This document shows positions 41,847 to 49,930 of a DNA stretch of 64,000 nt, piece by piece; the first letter of the stretch is position 1, and each line of letters starts with the position of its first letter. This DNA comes from an uncultured Acidobacteriota bacterium (GTDB lineage: Bacteria > Acidobacteriota > Terriglobia > Terriglobales > Acidobacteriaceae). Under the pieces are notes generated by a model. It did no database searches. It saw only the letters and a program-made list of their open reading frames with translations, and was not told the origin of the DNA. The stretch is taken from the NCBI GenBank assembly GCA_963771765.1, contig CAVYUY010000008.1, positions 10,890 to 74,889 on the forward strand, read 5' to 3'. The translations under genes were made by a program, and so were the position numbers.

Positions 41847-42100
41847 ATGTATCAGGGGACGTGAGGCGGCGTTCCTGAAAGGCAAGATCTACATTCGAGA
41901 TACAAAGAATTTCTACTCAGGCTCAGGGAAGCGGAGAGGCCTCGGGTCTGAATCAGGTTGACGTGGCCCGTCGCCTCGGGAAACCCCAATCGTTCGTTTC
42001 AAAATGTGAGTCTGGTGGGCGGCGAGTAGATCTTATCGAACTGCTGGAGTTTGCCAAAACTTACAAGAGACCGGTTTCAGATTTTCTGCCCGAGGATTAA
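41847..42100 (+). pseudogene. Degraded XRE-family helix-turn-helix gene
   Basis: ATG 41847 is followed by an in-frame TGA at 41862-41864. The frame then reads ...YKEFLLRLREAE and shifts (~41930) into EASGLNQVDVARRLGKPQSFVSKCESGGRRVDLIELLEFAKTYKRPVSDFLPED, ending at TAA 42098-42100. This is a typical Cro/CI-type HTH. Confidence 0.6.
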
Positions 42101-42198
42101 ATGTAATGCCCGGCATCCGATAGTGTTCTGTCGTTTCCACTCCCAGTCGCGCGTACCGCTTTATCGTTGGCTTTCATTGCTCGCAGTTTTGGGTTGCG

Positions 42199-43083
42199 AT
42201 GGCAAATCAAGAGTTCAAGAAGTGGGCTGATGCACTGTGGCCGATCGCTGGGATGATCTTGGGCCTCATTGCGATGCCAGTGGCAATCGCGCAATATCCG
42301 ATTTTCTTCAACGAAAATAAATGGATATTGCCGACCTCAGTCGTGGTTGTTCTTGCTTGCTGGGTCATACCGTTGTTTAAGCATGCACGAGTTAAGCACT
42401 TATACAGGCTGGCCTTTTCGTTCGGGATGATTGGTCGGACGATAGCCATTATTCTCGTTGCTTCAGCCATCGCTGTTGCTGGCTTGGGTTTCAAAAAACT
42501 GTTCCGCTTTCATGAGCGGCATTTAGCTGAGGCGCTGAACAAAACTGAGCCACCGAGCACCGGCCCCAACCCTCGTGCGACAGAAGAAACAAATAAGATT
42601 GCTGCACCTACCCCCCCTTTGGGTGCTCCCAAACAAGTCAGGCATCACAATCCGAGGGCCGTCACGAAGCATCCTTACGATCTGAGCGGTGATCGAGAAA
42701 ATAAGCTCACCGAACTCCTTAGTAAACCACTGACCGAAACTCGTCTGTTACTAAGAGTCGGATGCATTTCGTGGAGCGAATATGCGTGTGTCGCCGCAGG
42801 AAGGTTTCTTATCGTTTTCAGTAAGGCTGGGTGGACGATTCAGGAAAATCGTGTTTTTAGGCTGGAGCCCGCGGTTCCGGTTGATGGAGTGACGATAGCG
42901 AGCATTCCGGAAGCAGGACCGGCCTTGCCACCTCATTTGGGCAGGTGGCACAAGGCATCGCAGAGCGAGATGGCCTTGATCACCGCATTTCGACAAATGA
43001 ATATTCCTGTTCGGGTCTCAGGCGATACCGCACTATCGGCTGGAATCGTGGGGGTCTACTTCGGACCGGAACCACAACCATGA
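42199..43083 (+). CDS. Hypothetical membrane protein (three N-terminal TM spans, soluble C-terminal domain)
   Basis: 294-aa ORF. The hydrophobic spans are ALWPIAGMILGLIAMPVAI, ILPTSVVVVLACWVIPLF and IGRTIAIILVASAIAVAGLGF. Confidence 0.55.
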   Translation: MANQEFKKWADALWPIAGMILGLIAMPVAIAQYPIFFNENKWILPTSVVVVLACWVIPLFKHARVKHLYRLAFSFGMIGRTIAIILVASAIAVAGLGFKKLFRFHERHLAEALNKTEPPSTGPNPRATEETNKIAAPTPPLGAPKQVRHHNPRAVTKHPYDLSGDRENKLTELLSKPLTETRLLLRVGCISWSEYACVAAGRFLIVFSKAGWTIQENRVFRLEPAVPVDGVTIASIPEAGPALPPHLGRWHKASQSEMALITAFRQMNIPVRVSGDTALSAGIVGVYFGPEPQP

Positions 43084-43092
43084 CTCGCGCCC

Positions 43093-43196
43093 TTGGCGGG
43101 CTGGCCCGGCCTTTCACATCCAAGTCTTCTTTCCCGTTTCAGTGCTCTGGGCGCCCCGTCCTTGCGCTTTTTGCAAGGGCTGCGGCGACGCTGCCT
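43093..43196 (-). repeat. Family-C composite repeat
   Basis: On the minus strand: ...gcccttgcaaaaagcgcaaggacgggg ... gggccagcccgcc. It has the same two-part architecture as 44343-44446 and 45189-45312. Confidence 0.5.
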
Positions 43197-43302
43197 ATGC
43201 CACAGGCTTGCCATGCCCTCAGGTCTGCATCGTACTTAGGGCGCTTGTCACCTGCATCTATCACCTGCTCGTACTCTCTCCAAGCTCGGATTAGTGCTGC
43301 TC

Positions 43303-43308
43303 TATAAT
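43303..43308 (+). promoter_or_regulatory. Possible -10 box, leaderless-type arrangement
   Basis: A perfect TATAAT lies 6 nt upstream of ATG 43315, with no Shine-Dalgarno sequence between. The -35 region is poor (ccaagc). Confidence 0.25.
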
Positions 43309-43314
43309 GCAGCG

Positions 43315-44319
43315 ATGAAAAGTTGTATCTGTTTTGCCGCAATGATGCTCGCCTTCGGGCAGTTACTCGGAGCTTCTGAACCGATCAACCAGCAAGAAGC
43401 GATTGCCCGCTTGGAGCGCGCCATTTCGAAAACGAACATTTTTGAACTGCCATCGTTTGCGATGAAAGCCGATATCGAACTCGAAGACCATGGGAGAGTC
43501 GTGAACGGCACGTATGAACTACTCTGGGACGGCCCTGACCAATGGCGGGAAGGAATCGTGATTCCCGGCTATACCGAAGTCCAGACTGGAGGGAAAGGGA
43601 CGATCTGGGTTCAGCGCAGTGTGGATTTCATTCCGGTTTCAATTCACTTACTGCATCAGGCGTTGGGTTTCGGTTCCAGTATCGGGTCGCCGCAGTCTAT
43701 GTCCCTCGTCGCCCTGGACCTGACGTCGCGAGATTCGATAAAGAAAATAAGCAAGCGAAAGGACCACCAAGAAGAGTTGACTTGCTTCGAGATTGAAGAT
43801 GAACGGAAACATTCGTCGGAAATCTGCGTGAACGACAGTACCGAAACCGTGGTCCGCGCGCCTTTCATGTTTGCAGACAGCGATCTTCAGCCTGTGGGTG
43901 CCAAGACATTTCCACGCCTTCTCATATCGCATCACGGGGAGGAGGTTGTGGCCAAGGTCAAGGTTAGGGAACTCGAGAGTCCTGCCCAGTTTCCGCCTGC
44001 CACATTCTCTCCGCCGGCTGGAGTCTCACCGGAAGTCGGTTGCATGAATCCATCCAAGCCACATGCGGTCAAGAAACCACCGCCAGAGTACCCGATGACC
44101 GCGCGACAACAGCATCGTGAGGGTACGGTTTCGTTCGATGTCCTGATCGGCACAAATGGTATTCCGCAAATTCGCAAGCTAATCGAGCGCGCCGGCATCG
44201 ATCTCGACGATTCGGGTAGGCAAGCCGTCAATCTTTGGCGTTATGATCCGGCAATGTGCAATGGCAAACCGGTCGAAGTGGAAACCGTCCTGCAAGTTAA
44301 CTTCGCGCTGACGCGCTAG
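43315..44319 (+). CDS. Secreted protein with a C-terminal TonB-C (energy-transducer) domain
   Basis: Track ORF 43294..44319. The likely start is MKSCICFAAMMLAFGQLLGA. The C-terminus KKPPPEYPMTARQQHREGTVSFDVLIGTNGIPQ...AVNLWRYDPAMCNGKPVEVETVLQVNF matches the TonB_C pattern. Confidence 0.7.
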   Translation: MKSCICFAAMMLAFGQLLGASEPINQQEAIARLERAISKTNIFELPSFAMKADIELEDHGRVVNGTYELLWDGPDQWREGIVIPGYTEVQTGGKGTIWVQRSVDFIPVSIHLLHQALGFGSSIGSPQSMSLVALDLTSRDSIKKISKRKDHQEELTCFEIEDERKHSSEICVNDSTETVVRAPFMFADSDLQPVGAKTFPRLLISHHGEEVVAKVKVRELESPAQFPPATFSPPAGVSPEVGCMNPSKPHAVKKPPPEYPMTARQQHREGTVSFDVLIGTNGIPQIRKLIERAGIDLDDSGRQAVNLWRYDPAMCNGKPVEVETVLQVNFALTR

Positions 44320-44342
44320 AAGTGGGTTGAGGAACGAGTCAA

Positions 44343-44446
44343 CGCTGCCGGGTAGCGTGGTACCCGCCCTCGCAAAAAGAGGGAAGGGCGGGGCAACCAT
44401 TGTAAAGATGGTGCCAGCAAGATCAGAGGCTTGGGCCACCCGCCGA
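44343..44446 (+). repeat. Family-C composite repeat
   Basis: gctgccgggtagcgtggtacccgccctcgcaaaaagagggaagggcggggcaacc ... ttgggccacccgcc. Confidence 0.5.
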
Positions 44447-44545
44447 TAGAATGATTGGATAGCCGCCCATCATGAGGGGGCTTCTTGGTGTAAACCCTAG
44501 CTCGCAAGTTAGTTGATGTACACTGGCGGCGAATTGGTGGTAAGA

Positions 44546-44977
44546 ATGGCGAAATGGAAGCGCAGTGGTTATCTTGCGGGTGTGCTCGGAATAGCGATCG
44601 CTCTGATCTATGTCAGTTTGTTTGGATACTACACCAGAACAAAAACCTTCTTGCTGACCTATTTCCCGGACAACACGTACAAGCCCGCCAACAGTCTCCC
44701 GAATGTTGATGGACGTGGGGAGCCGAAGGTCGTGATGGTGAGGCGGTCGGGGTCAATCGAGTGCTACGACGTTTTCTACTCCCAAAAGTTGAAGGCGCGC
44801 TTGGAAGCAAACCCTTCTCTAAGGGCCGCGATTACCTATCGCGTGCGGTATCGTTTCCATCCCCTCTGGATTGAAACACTCGACGTGGCTGGCCTCGGCA
44901 ATGAGCCTGGCATGAGTCCATATACGGTACAGGGAACGTCCCGCCCCGGTGACGTCGACCATGGAGAGTGCTTTTAA
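44546..44977 (+). CDS. Hypothetical membrane-anchored protein
   Basis: Track ORF 44513..44977. The likely start is MAKWKRSGYLAGVLGIAIALIYVSLFGYY, with a single TM span. Confidence 0.5.
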   Translation: MAKWKRSGYLAGVLGIAIALIYVSLFGYYTRTKTFLLTYFPDNTYKPANSLPNVDGRGEPKVVMVRRSGSIECYDVFYSQKLKARLEANPSLRAAITYRVRYRFHPLWIETLDVAGLGNEPGMSPYTVQGTSRPGDVDHGECF

Positions 44978-45188
44978 GCTCGGCTATATTGAATCACCCT
45001 CTCGGAGCGGTTGGTTAGTTGTTGCAAAATCGCGATTGCGCTCATGATTGGTCGATGAGCATAGTTAGCGATACTCGGGTCCCATTCAGGCTCGTCCTTG
45101 GCTTGAGTGGCAGCCGTTCAAGTCGACACCGCTTGGGCGTTAGAACTCCGCTGGGGGCTAGCCCGTTCTTTCGATTCGGAAATCAAGG

Positions 45189-45312
45189 CTGCCGGTTGCC
45201 CCATCCTTGCGCGTTCTTTGCGCAAGGGTGGGATTCCACGGACGCAGATTCCTTGCATTCCATCGCAGGAGCACCGGCGCTTTGCGCCGGGGGCGGACGA
45301 GGCGTCCGCCCC
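45189..45312 (-). repeat. Family-C composite repeat ending in two hairpins directly after the gyrA stop (probable gyrA terminator)
   Basis: ggttgccccatccttgcgcgttctttgcgcaagggtggg is the reverse complement counterpart of the 44360-44400 core. It is followed by the hairpins ccggcgc/ttt/gcgccgg (45274-45290) and ggggcggac/gaggc/gtccgcccc (45290-45312). Confidence 0.5.
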
Positions 45313-45322
45313 TACACGATCG

Positions 45323-47965
45323 TTACTGAATCAGCGTGCCGTTGCCGCCATTCGGGTCGGCTTCTGGAGCGATGACCACCGCTGCGGCGACTCGATCGCC
45401 GGGCTCCATGTTCAGCAGACGAACTCCCTGGGCGTTTCGACCGGATTCACGGATGGTCGTCGAGTCCATTCGAATGATCTTCCCGTAGTGACTGATCAGC
45501 ATGACTTCGGAAGACTCATCCACCTGAGCGATTCCGACAACCTTTCCTACACGCTCGGTCGTCTTCAGGTTGATGACGCCTTTGCCTCCGCGATTCGTCA
45601 GGCGATATTCCTCGGCGGCGGTGCGTTTTCCGAAACCATTTTCGGTCACCGAGAGAATGAGCGATCCCTTGACCGCTGCGTCGATCACTTCCGGCTCGCC
45701 TTCGATCTTTTCCTTCGGAGGCGCAGGAGCATCCGGCTTGGTTGTCGTCGCCATGCCGACGACATAGTCGTTTTTCTCGAGATCGATTCCCCAAACTCCG
45801 TAGGCGGCTCGGCCCATCGGGCGAACGTGACTCTCATCGAACCGGACAGCCATGCCTTCGTGCGAAGCCAGGAAAATGATCTGGTTGCCGTCGGTCACGC
45901 GGGCGGCGACAAGTTCGTCTCCTTCTTCGATTCCGATGGCATTGATGCCGTTCGAGCGCACGTGCATGAATTCGCGAAGCTCGGACTTCTTCACCAACCC
46001 GTTGCGAGTGGCGAAGAAGATGTACTTGTTCTCCTGCTCGAGGTTGCGCACCGCGAGCATGGTCTTCACGGTCTCGCCGGGTTGCAATCCGACGAGGTTG
46101 CCGATGTGCTTGCCCTTGCCGGCAGCGCTGACATCGGGAATCTCATAGACCTTGAGCCAGTACACGCGCCCTTTGCTCGTGAGGATGAGGATGTAGGCGT
46201 GGGTTGAGGCGATGAAAAGATGCTCGACGAAATCCTCGTCGCGCGTCTTCATGCCGGTGCGCCCCGTACCTCCGCGACGCTGCATGCGGTAGGTGGAGAT
46301 GGGCGTCCGTTTCATGTAGCCCGAGTGGCTCACGGTGACGGCGACCTGCTCGTCGGCGATCAGATCCTCGAGAACGATCTCCGCCGCTTCATCTTCAATG
46401 CGGGTACGGCGTTCATCGCCGTAAAGCTTCTTCACTTCTTCAAGCTCTTTGATGATGACCGAGCGAAGCTTTTTCTCCGAACCGAGAATCGACTCGTATT
46501 CGGCAATGTTGTCACGCACATCCTTCAACTCGTTCGAGATTTCGTCGATCGAGAGTTTGGTCAGGCGATGCAATTGCAGTTCGAGAATCGCGTCAGCCTG
46601 TTTGGCGGTGAATGGCCTGTCAAGATCGACTTTGGGAGCGCGCCCCGTCGTATTGATGTCGATCTTCTTGCCGCCAAAATACAGGATCAGGTTCTCGCGG
46701 GCATCGGCGCGATTGGCGCTCCCGCGAATGATCGTGATGACGTTGTCGAGATGATCCAGCGCTTTGAGATAGCCTTCGAGGATGTGCTCTCGATCTTTTG
46801 CCTTCGAGAGCAGGTAGGCAGTGCGGCGGCGAACGACGTCGACGCGATGCTCGATGAAGTATTTGATGGTCTGGATGATGCCCATCTCTCGGGGCTGTCC
46901 ATTGACCACCGCGAGCAGGATCATCGAGAAGCTCTCCTGCATCTGCGTGTGCTTGTAGAGCTGGTTGAGAACGATCTGCGGTTCGGCTCCGCGCTTCAGT
47001 TCCACCACGATGCGCATGCCGTCGCGATCGCTTTCGTCGCGTACGTCGGAAATGTCTTCGATGTCTTTGTCGTTGACCAGTTGCGCGATTCGCTTGATCA
47101 GGACGGATTTGTTCACCTGATAGGGAATCTCGGTCACGATGATGGCTTCACGATCCTTGTTGAAGGTTTCGATCGCAGCCTTGGCGCGCATCATGAAGCG
47201 TCCGCGTCCCGTGCGGTAGGCCTCGAAAATGCCCGAGCGGCCATGAATGATTCCTGCAGTCGGGAAGTCCGGTCCTTGCACGAACTTCAGAATTTCTGCG
47301 AGCTGCGCATTGGGATTGTTTACCAGCGTGATCGTGGCATCGATGATTTCCGTCAGGTTGTGCGGCGGAATCTTCGTCGCCATCCCGACCGCGATCCCAT
47401 CGGAACCATTGATCAGCAAATTCGGAATGCGCGCAGGAAGAACATCGGGCTCGACTTCGCTGCCGTCGTAGTTGGGATGGAAGTCGACTGTCTCTTTGTC
47501 GAGATCTTCCAGCAACGCGGTTGAAACTTGAGCAAGCTTTGCTTCCGTGTAACGGTCGGCCGCTGGCGGATCGCCGTCGACGGATCCGAAATTTCCTTGG
47601 CCGAAGATCAACGGATAGCGCATCGACCAGTCCTGCGCCAGCCGGACGAGAGCGTCGTACACAGCGAGGTTGCCATGAGGATGGTACTTGCCCATGACGT
47701 CTCCAACGATACGAGCGCATTTGCGCGTAGCCCGATTCGGCTGCAACCCCATCTGCTGCATCGTAAAAAGGATGCGGCGGTGGACGGGCTTTAGCCCGTC
47801 GCGCACGTCGGGTAGGGCGCGGCCGATGATCACCGACATCGAGTAATCGAGGTACGACCGCTTCATCTCCTCTTCAATGTTGACGGGTTGAATATTTAAC
47901 GCACCGGGGCCATCGCCACCGGGAGGAGGAGTCAGAGGAAGTTCTGGGTTTTGATCGTCAGGCAT
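45323..47965 (-). CDS. gyrA: DNA gyrase subunit A
   Basis: Intact 880-aa ORF with DGLKPVHRRIL, GKYHPHG, the active-site region AADRYTEAKL, and C-terminal beta-pinwheel repeats. Confidence 0.97.
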   Translation of the reverse strand: MPDDQNPELPLTPPPGGDGPGALNIQPVNIEEEMKRSYLDYSMSVIIGRALPDVRDGLKPVHRRILFTMQQMGLQPNRATRKCARIVGDVMGKYHPHGNLAVYDALVRLAQDWSMRYPLIFGQGNFGSVDGDPPAADRYTEAKLAQVSTALLEDLDKETVDFHPNYDGSEVEPDVLPARIPNLLINGSDGIAVGMATKIPPHNLTEIIDATITLVNNPNAQLAEILKFVQGPDFPTAGIIHGRSGIFEAYRTGRGRFMMRAKAAIETFNKDREAIIVTEIPYQVNKSVLIKRIAQLVNDKDIEDISDVRDESDRDGMRIVVELKRGAEPQIVLNQLYKHTQMQESFSMILLAVVNGQPREMGIIQTIKYFIEHRVDVVRRRTAYLLSKAKDREHILEGYLKALDHLDNVITIIRGSANRADARENLILYFGGKKIDINTTGRAPKVDLDRPFTAKQADAILELQLHRLTKLSIDEISNELKDVRDNIAEYESILGSEKKLRSVIIKELEEVKKLYGDERRTRIEDEAAEIVLEDLIADEQVAVTVSHSGYMKRTPISTYRMQRRGGTGRTGMKTRDEDFVEHLFIASTHAYILILTSKGRVYWLKVYEIPDVSAAGKGKHIGNLVGLQPGETVKTMLAVRNLEQENKYIFFATRNGLVKKSELREFMHVRSNGINAIGIEEGDELVAARVTDGNQIIFLASHEGMAVRFDESHVRPMGRAAYGVWGIDLEKNDYVVGMATTTKPDAPAPPKEKIEGEPEVIDAAVKGSLILSVTENGFGKRTAAEEYRLTNRGGKGVINLKTTERVGKVVGIAQVDESSEVMLISHYGKIIRMDSTTIRESGRNAQGVRLLNMEPGDRVAAAVVIAPEADPNGGNGTLIQ

Positions 47966-48091
47966 TCTTCGCTCTCAGCTTTCAGTCTTTGACTGGCAGC
48001 TCACAAAGTCTCGTTTGGGGCAAAACCGGCTCGACAAACTAGCCGTAACTGCTTGTTTATCAGGATGTTATGTGCCCTGGGAACTGTGTTG

Positions 48092-48100
48092 ATTATATCA
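48092..48100 (-). promoter_or_regulatory. Candidate extended -10 promoter element for gyrA
   Basis: The minus strand reads TGATATAAT (TGn + TATAAT) about 125 nt upstream of the gyrA ATG. The -35 is weak. Confidence 0.35.
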
Positions 48101-48247
48101 TGGCAAAGCCTCGAAAGCAGCGCGGATGTTAGCAGTGTTGAGGCGGGGTTGGAGTGGTTCCATCCTGGGAAAACATAGAAAATTTCACGCTCGGATCTTC
48201 TGAGCATCACTGAGTCGCGTGCGATTTGGCTGATAGGCTTCGCGGCG

Positions 48248-49247
48248 ATGAAGCGGGTTCCTTCGCTCGATGGGCTAAGAGCTATCTCGATCTCTCTGGT
48301 CGTGGCGGGACGTTGGTGTGAGCTGCGATATCACTCGGATGTTGCGGGAGCATTTGCGAATCTCGGAGTGCGGATTTTCTTCATCATCTCCGGATATTTA
48401 ATTACGACTTTGCTTTTGCAGGAACAGACTAAGACAGAGACGATTGGGTTACGTGAGTTTTATGTTCGCAGAGCGTATCGCATTTTGCCCGCGGCTTTGG
48501 CGTTCATGATTCCAGTGTTCATCATCTACTGGAACCAACTGCGTTGGTATCACATGGCGGCAGCTGACACTGTATCTGACGAATTTTGATTTTGCGCATC
48601 CGTGGTTCCTGGGTCACTTGTGGAGTTTGAGTGTTGAAGAACAATTCTATTTTTTGTGGCCAGGAGTTTTGAAGATCTGGTATCGACATCGCGCAGCGAT
48701 TCTTCTGGCTGTGGTGGCGTTTGCACCGCTCTATCGCGTCGCGTGCCACTTCCTGGGGCTGCATGGGCGCGCGGACGAGACGTTCCCAGCGGTGGCAGAT
48801 ATCCTCGCGATCGGATGTTTGCTGGCAATTTTTGCCAAGCGAATTCCGACGATCAAGGACTCCTGGGCGCTCTGCATGATCGTTCCGGTTGCGATTGTTC
48901 CGGCTTACGTTGGAGTGCGGCACTTTCACATCACGCCGCTCTTGCTGTTTGTTTTGTGGCCGTTAATGCACGTATCGATTGCTGGGCTACTGCTCCACAC
49001 AGTGCGGAAGCCATATCGGGTCTTAAACGCGCGACCGGTCGTATGGCTGGGAAATATCAGTTACAGCTTGTATTTGTGGCAGCAGCTTTTTGTGTACGGG
49101 GATCACTCCCGCCCTTGGTATTTGATTCTTCTTGCGCTGGGGATTGCGATCGCTTCGTACTACGGGATTGAGAAACCGATGTTGCGGTTGCGCGAGGGAC
49201 GGAGGAGAAAGCGAGTGCTGAATGCGGCCTACGCAGAGGCGGCTTAG
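48248..49247 (+). CDS. Acyltransferase family 3 (OafA/YrhL-like) membrane protein; one frameshift
   Basis: 48248..48589 (LDGLRAISISLVV...FFIISGYLIT) and 48618..49247 (WSLSVEEQFYFLWP...ISYSLYLWQ). They join as ...HMAAALTLYLTNFDFAHPWFLGHLWSLSVEEQ with a lesion near 48565. Confidence 0.8.
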
Positions 49248-49268
49248 AGCTCAAAAGTGCACACTAAT

Positions 49269-49928
49269 TCAGGGACCGACGATGACCTGATTGGGAGCAT
49301 TCGGAAGCTGGAATCGCAAGCCTCGAGATTTGTTGGAATCGACCGTCTCCGGCAAGTTCAGGGATGAGAGCTCAATCTTCCGATTCCACGATCCGGCAGT
49401 GTAATAGTCGCCGCCTGCGTAGAGGACGCCATTCGTGATGGTGTAGTCCGTTACTTCTTCTCTGTGACCGTCGCGGAAGACGAGCAAAGCATTCCGGTTC
49501 GGCGGCGGAGGGGATGGCAACGGCATTCCAGACATTCTGCGAATTGGTGCCGGCGCAGAACCTTCATCGATCATCTGAGCCCGGGTTTCTTTTTCGCCAC
49601 TGATCTGAACATAGCGGTCACCTTGAAGTTCGATCAGCAGCGGCTGGGCTGGAGGAGCGGCGACGGGTTCCGGGCGCGCCGCAGGCGGCAGACTCTGGAC
49701 CACGACAGGCGGTTGGACCTCTGTTGGATAACCGGTGTCGGAGAGAACATCGGAGTAGAACGGATCGTAAAGCCCCAGGGGATAAAACGAAGGTCGAAAG
49801 CCTCCTCGATGAGCCTGCGCTGGAAAAGAGGCGGGCCTACCGGAAAAGTGCGAGGGGCCGGTGAAACTTTGAGCCGCCACGCAGCACGGAAGAACCGCGA
49901 GCACCGCAATGACGAGCAGGTTACGCAT
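49269..49928 (-). CDS. Hypothetical secreted Pro-rich protein, paralogue of 49931..50647
   Basis: 219 aa with the signal peptide MRNLLVIAVLAVLPCCVAAQ. The C-terminal block is LLVFRDGHREEVTDYTITNGVLYA...IELSSLNLPETVDSNKSRGLRFQLP. Confidence 0.6.
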   Translation of the reverse strand: MRNLLVIAVLAVLPCCVAAQSFTGPSHFSGRPASFPAQAHRGGFRPSFYPLGLYDPFYSDVLSDTGYPTEVQPPVVVQSLPPAARPEPVAAPPAQPLLIELQGDRYVQISGEKETRAQMIDEGSAPAPIRRMSGMPLPSPPPPNRNALLVFRDGHREEVTDYTITNGVLYAGGDYYTAGSWNRKIELSSLNLPETVDSNKSRGLRFQLPNAPNQVIVGP

Positions 49929-49930
49929 TG

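Noticed and set aside
40680-45322. Classical integrative element or prophage interpretation of the island
   Set aside because: There is no integrase or recombinase, no tRNA target, no flanking direct repeats and no phage structural genes. It is kept only as a compositional accessory block.
45107-47524. 366-aa and 434-aa plus-strand ORFs
   Set aside because: Both are antisense to intact gyrA and have no recognisable motifs. They are shadow ORFs.
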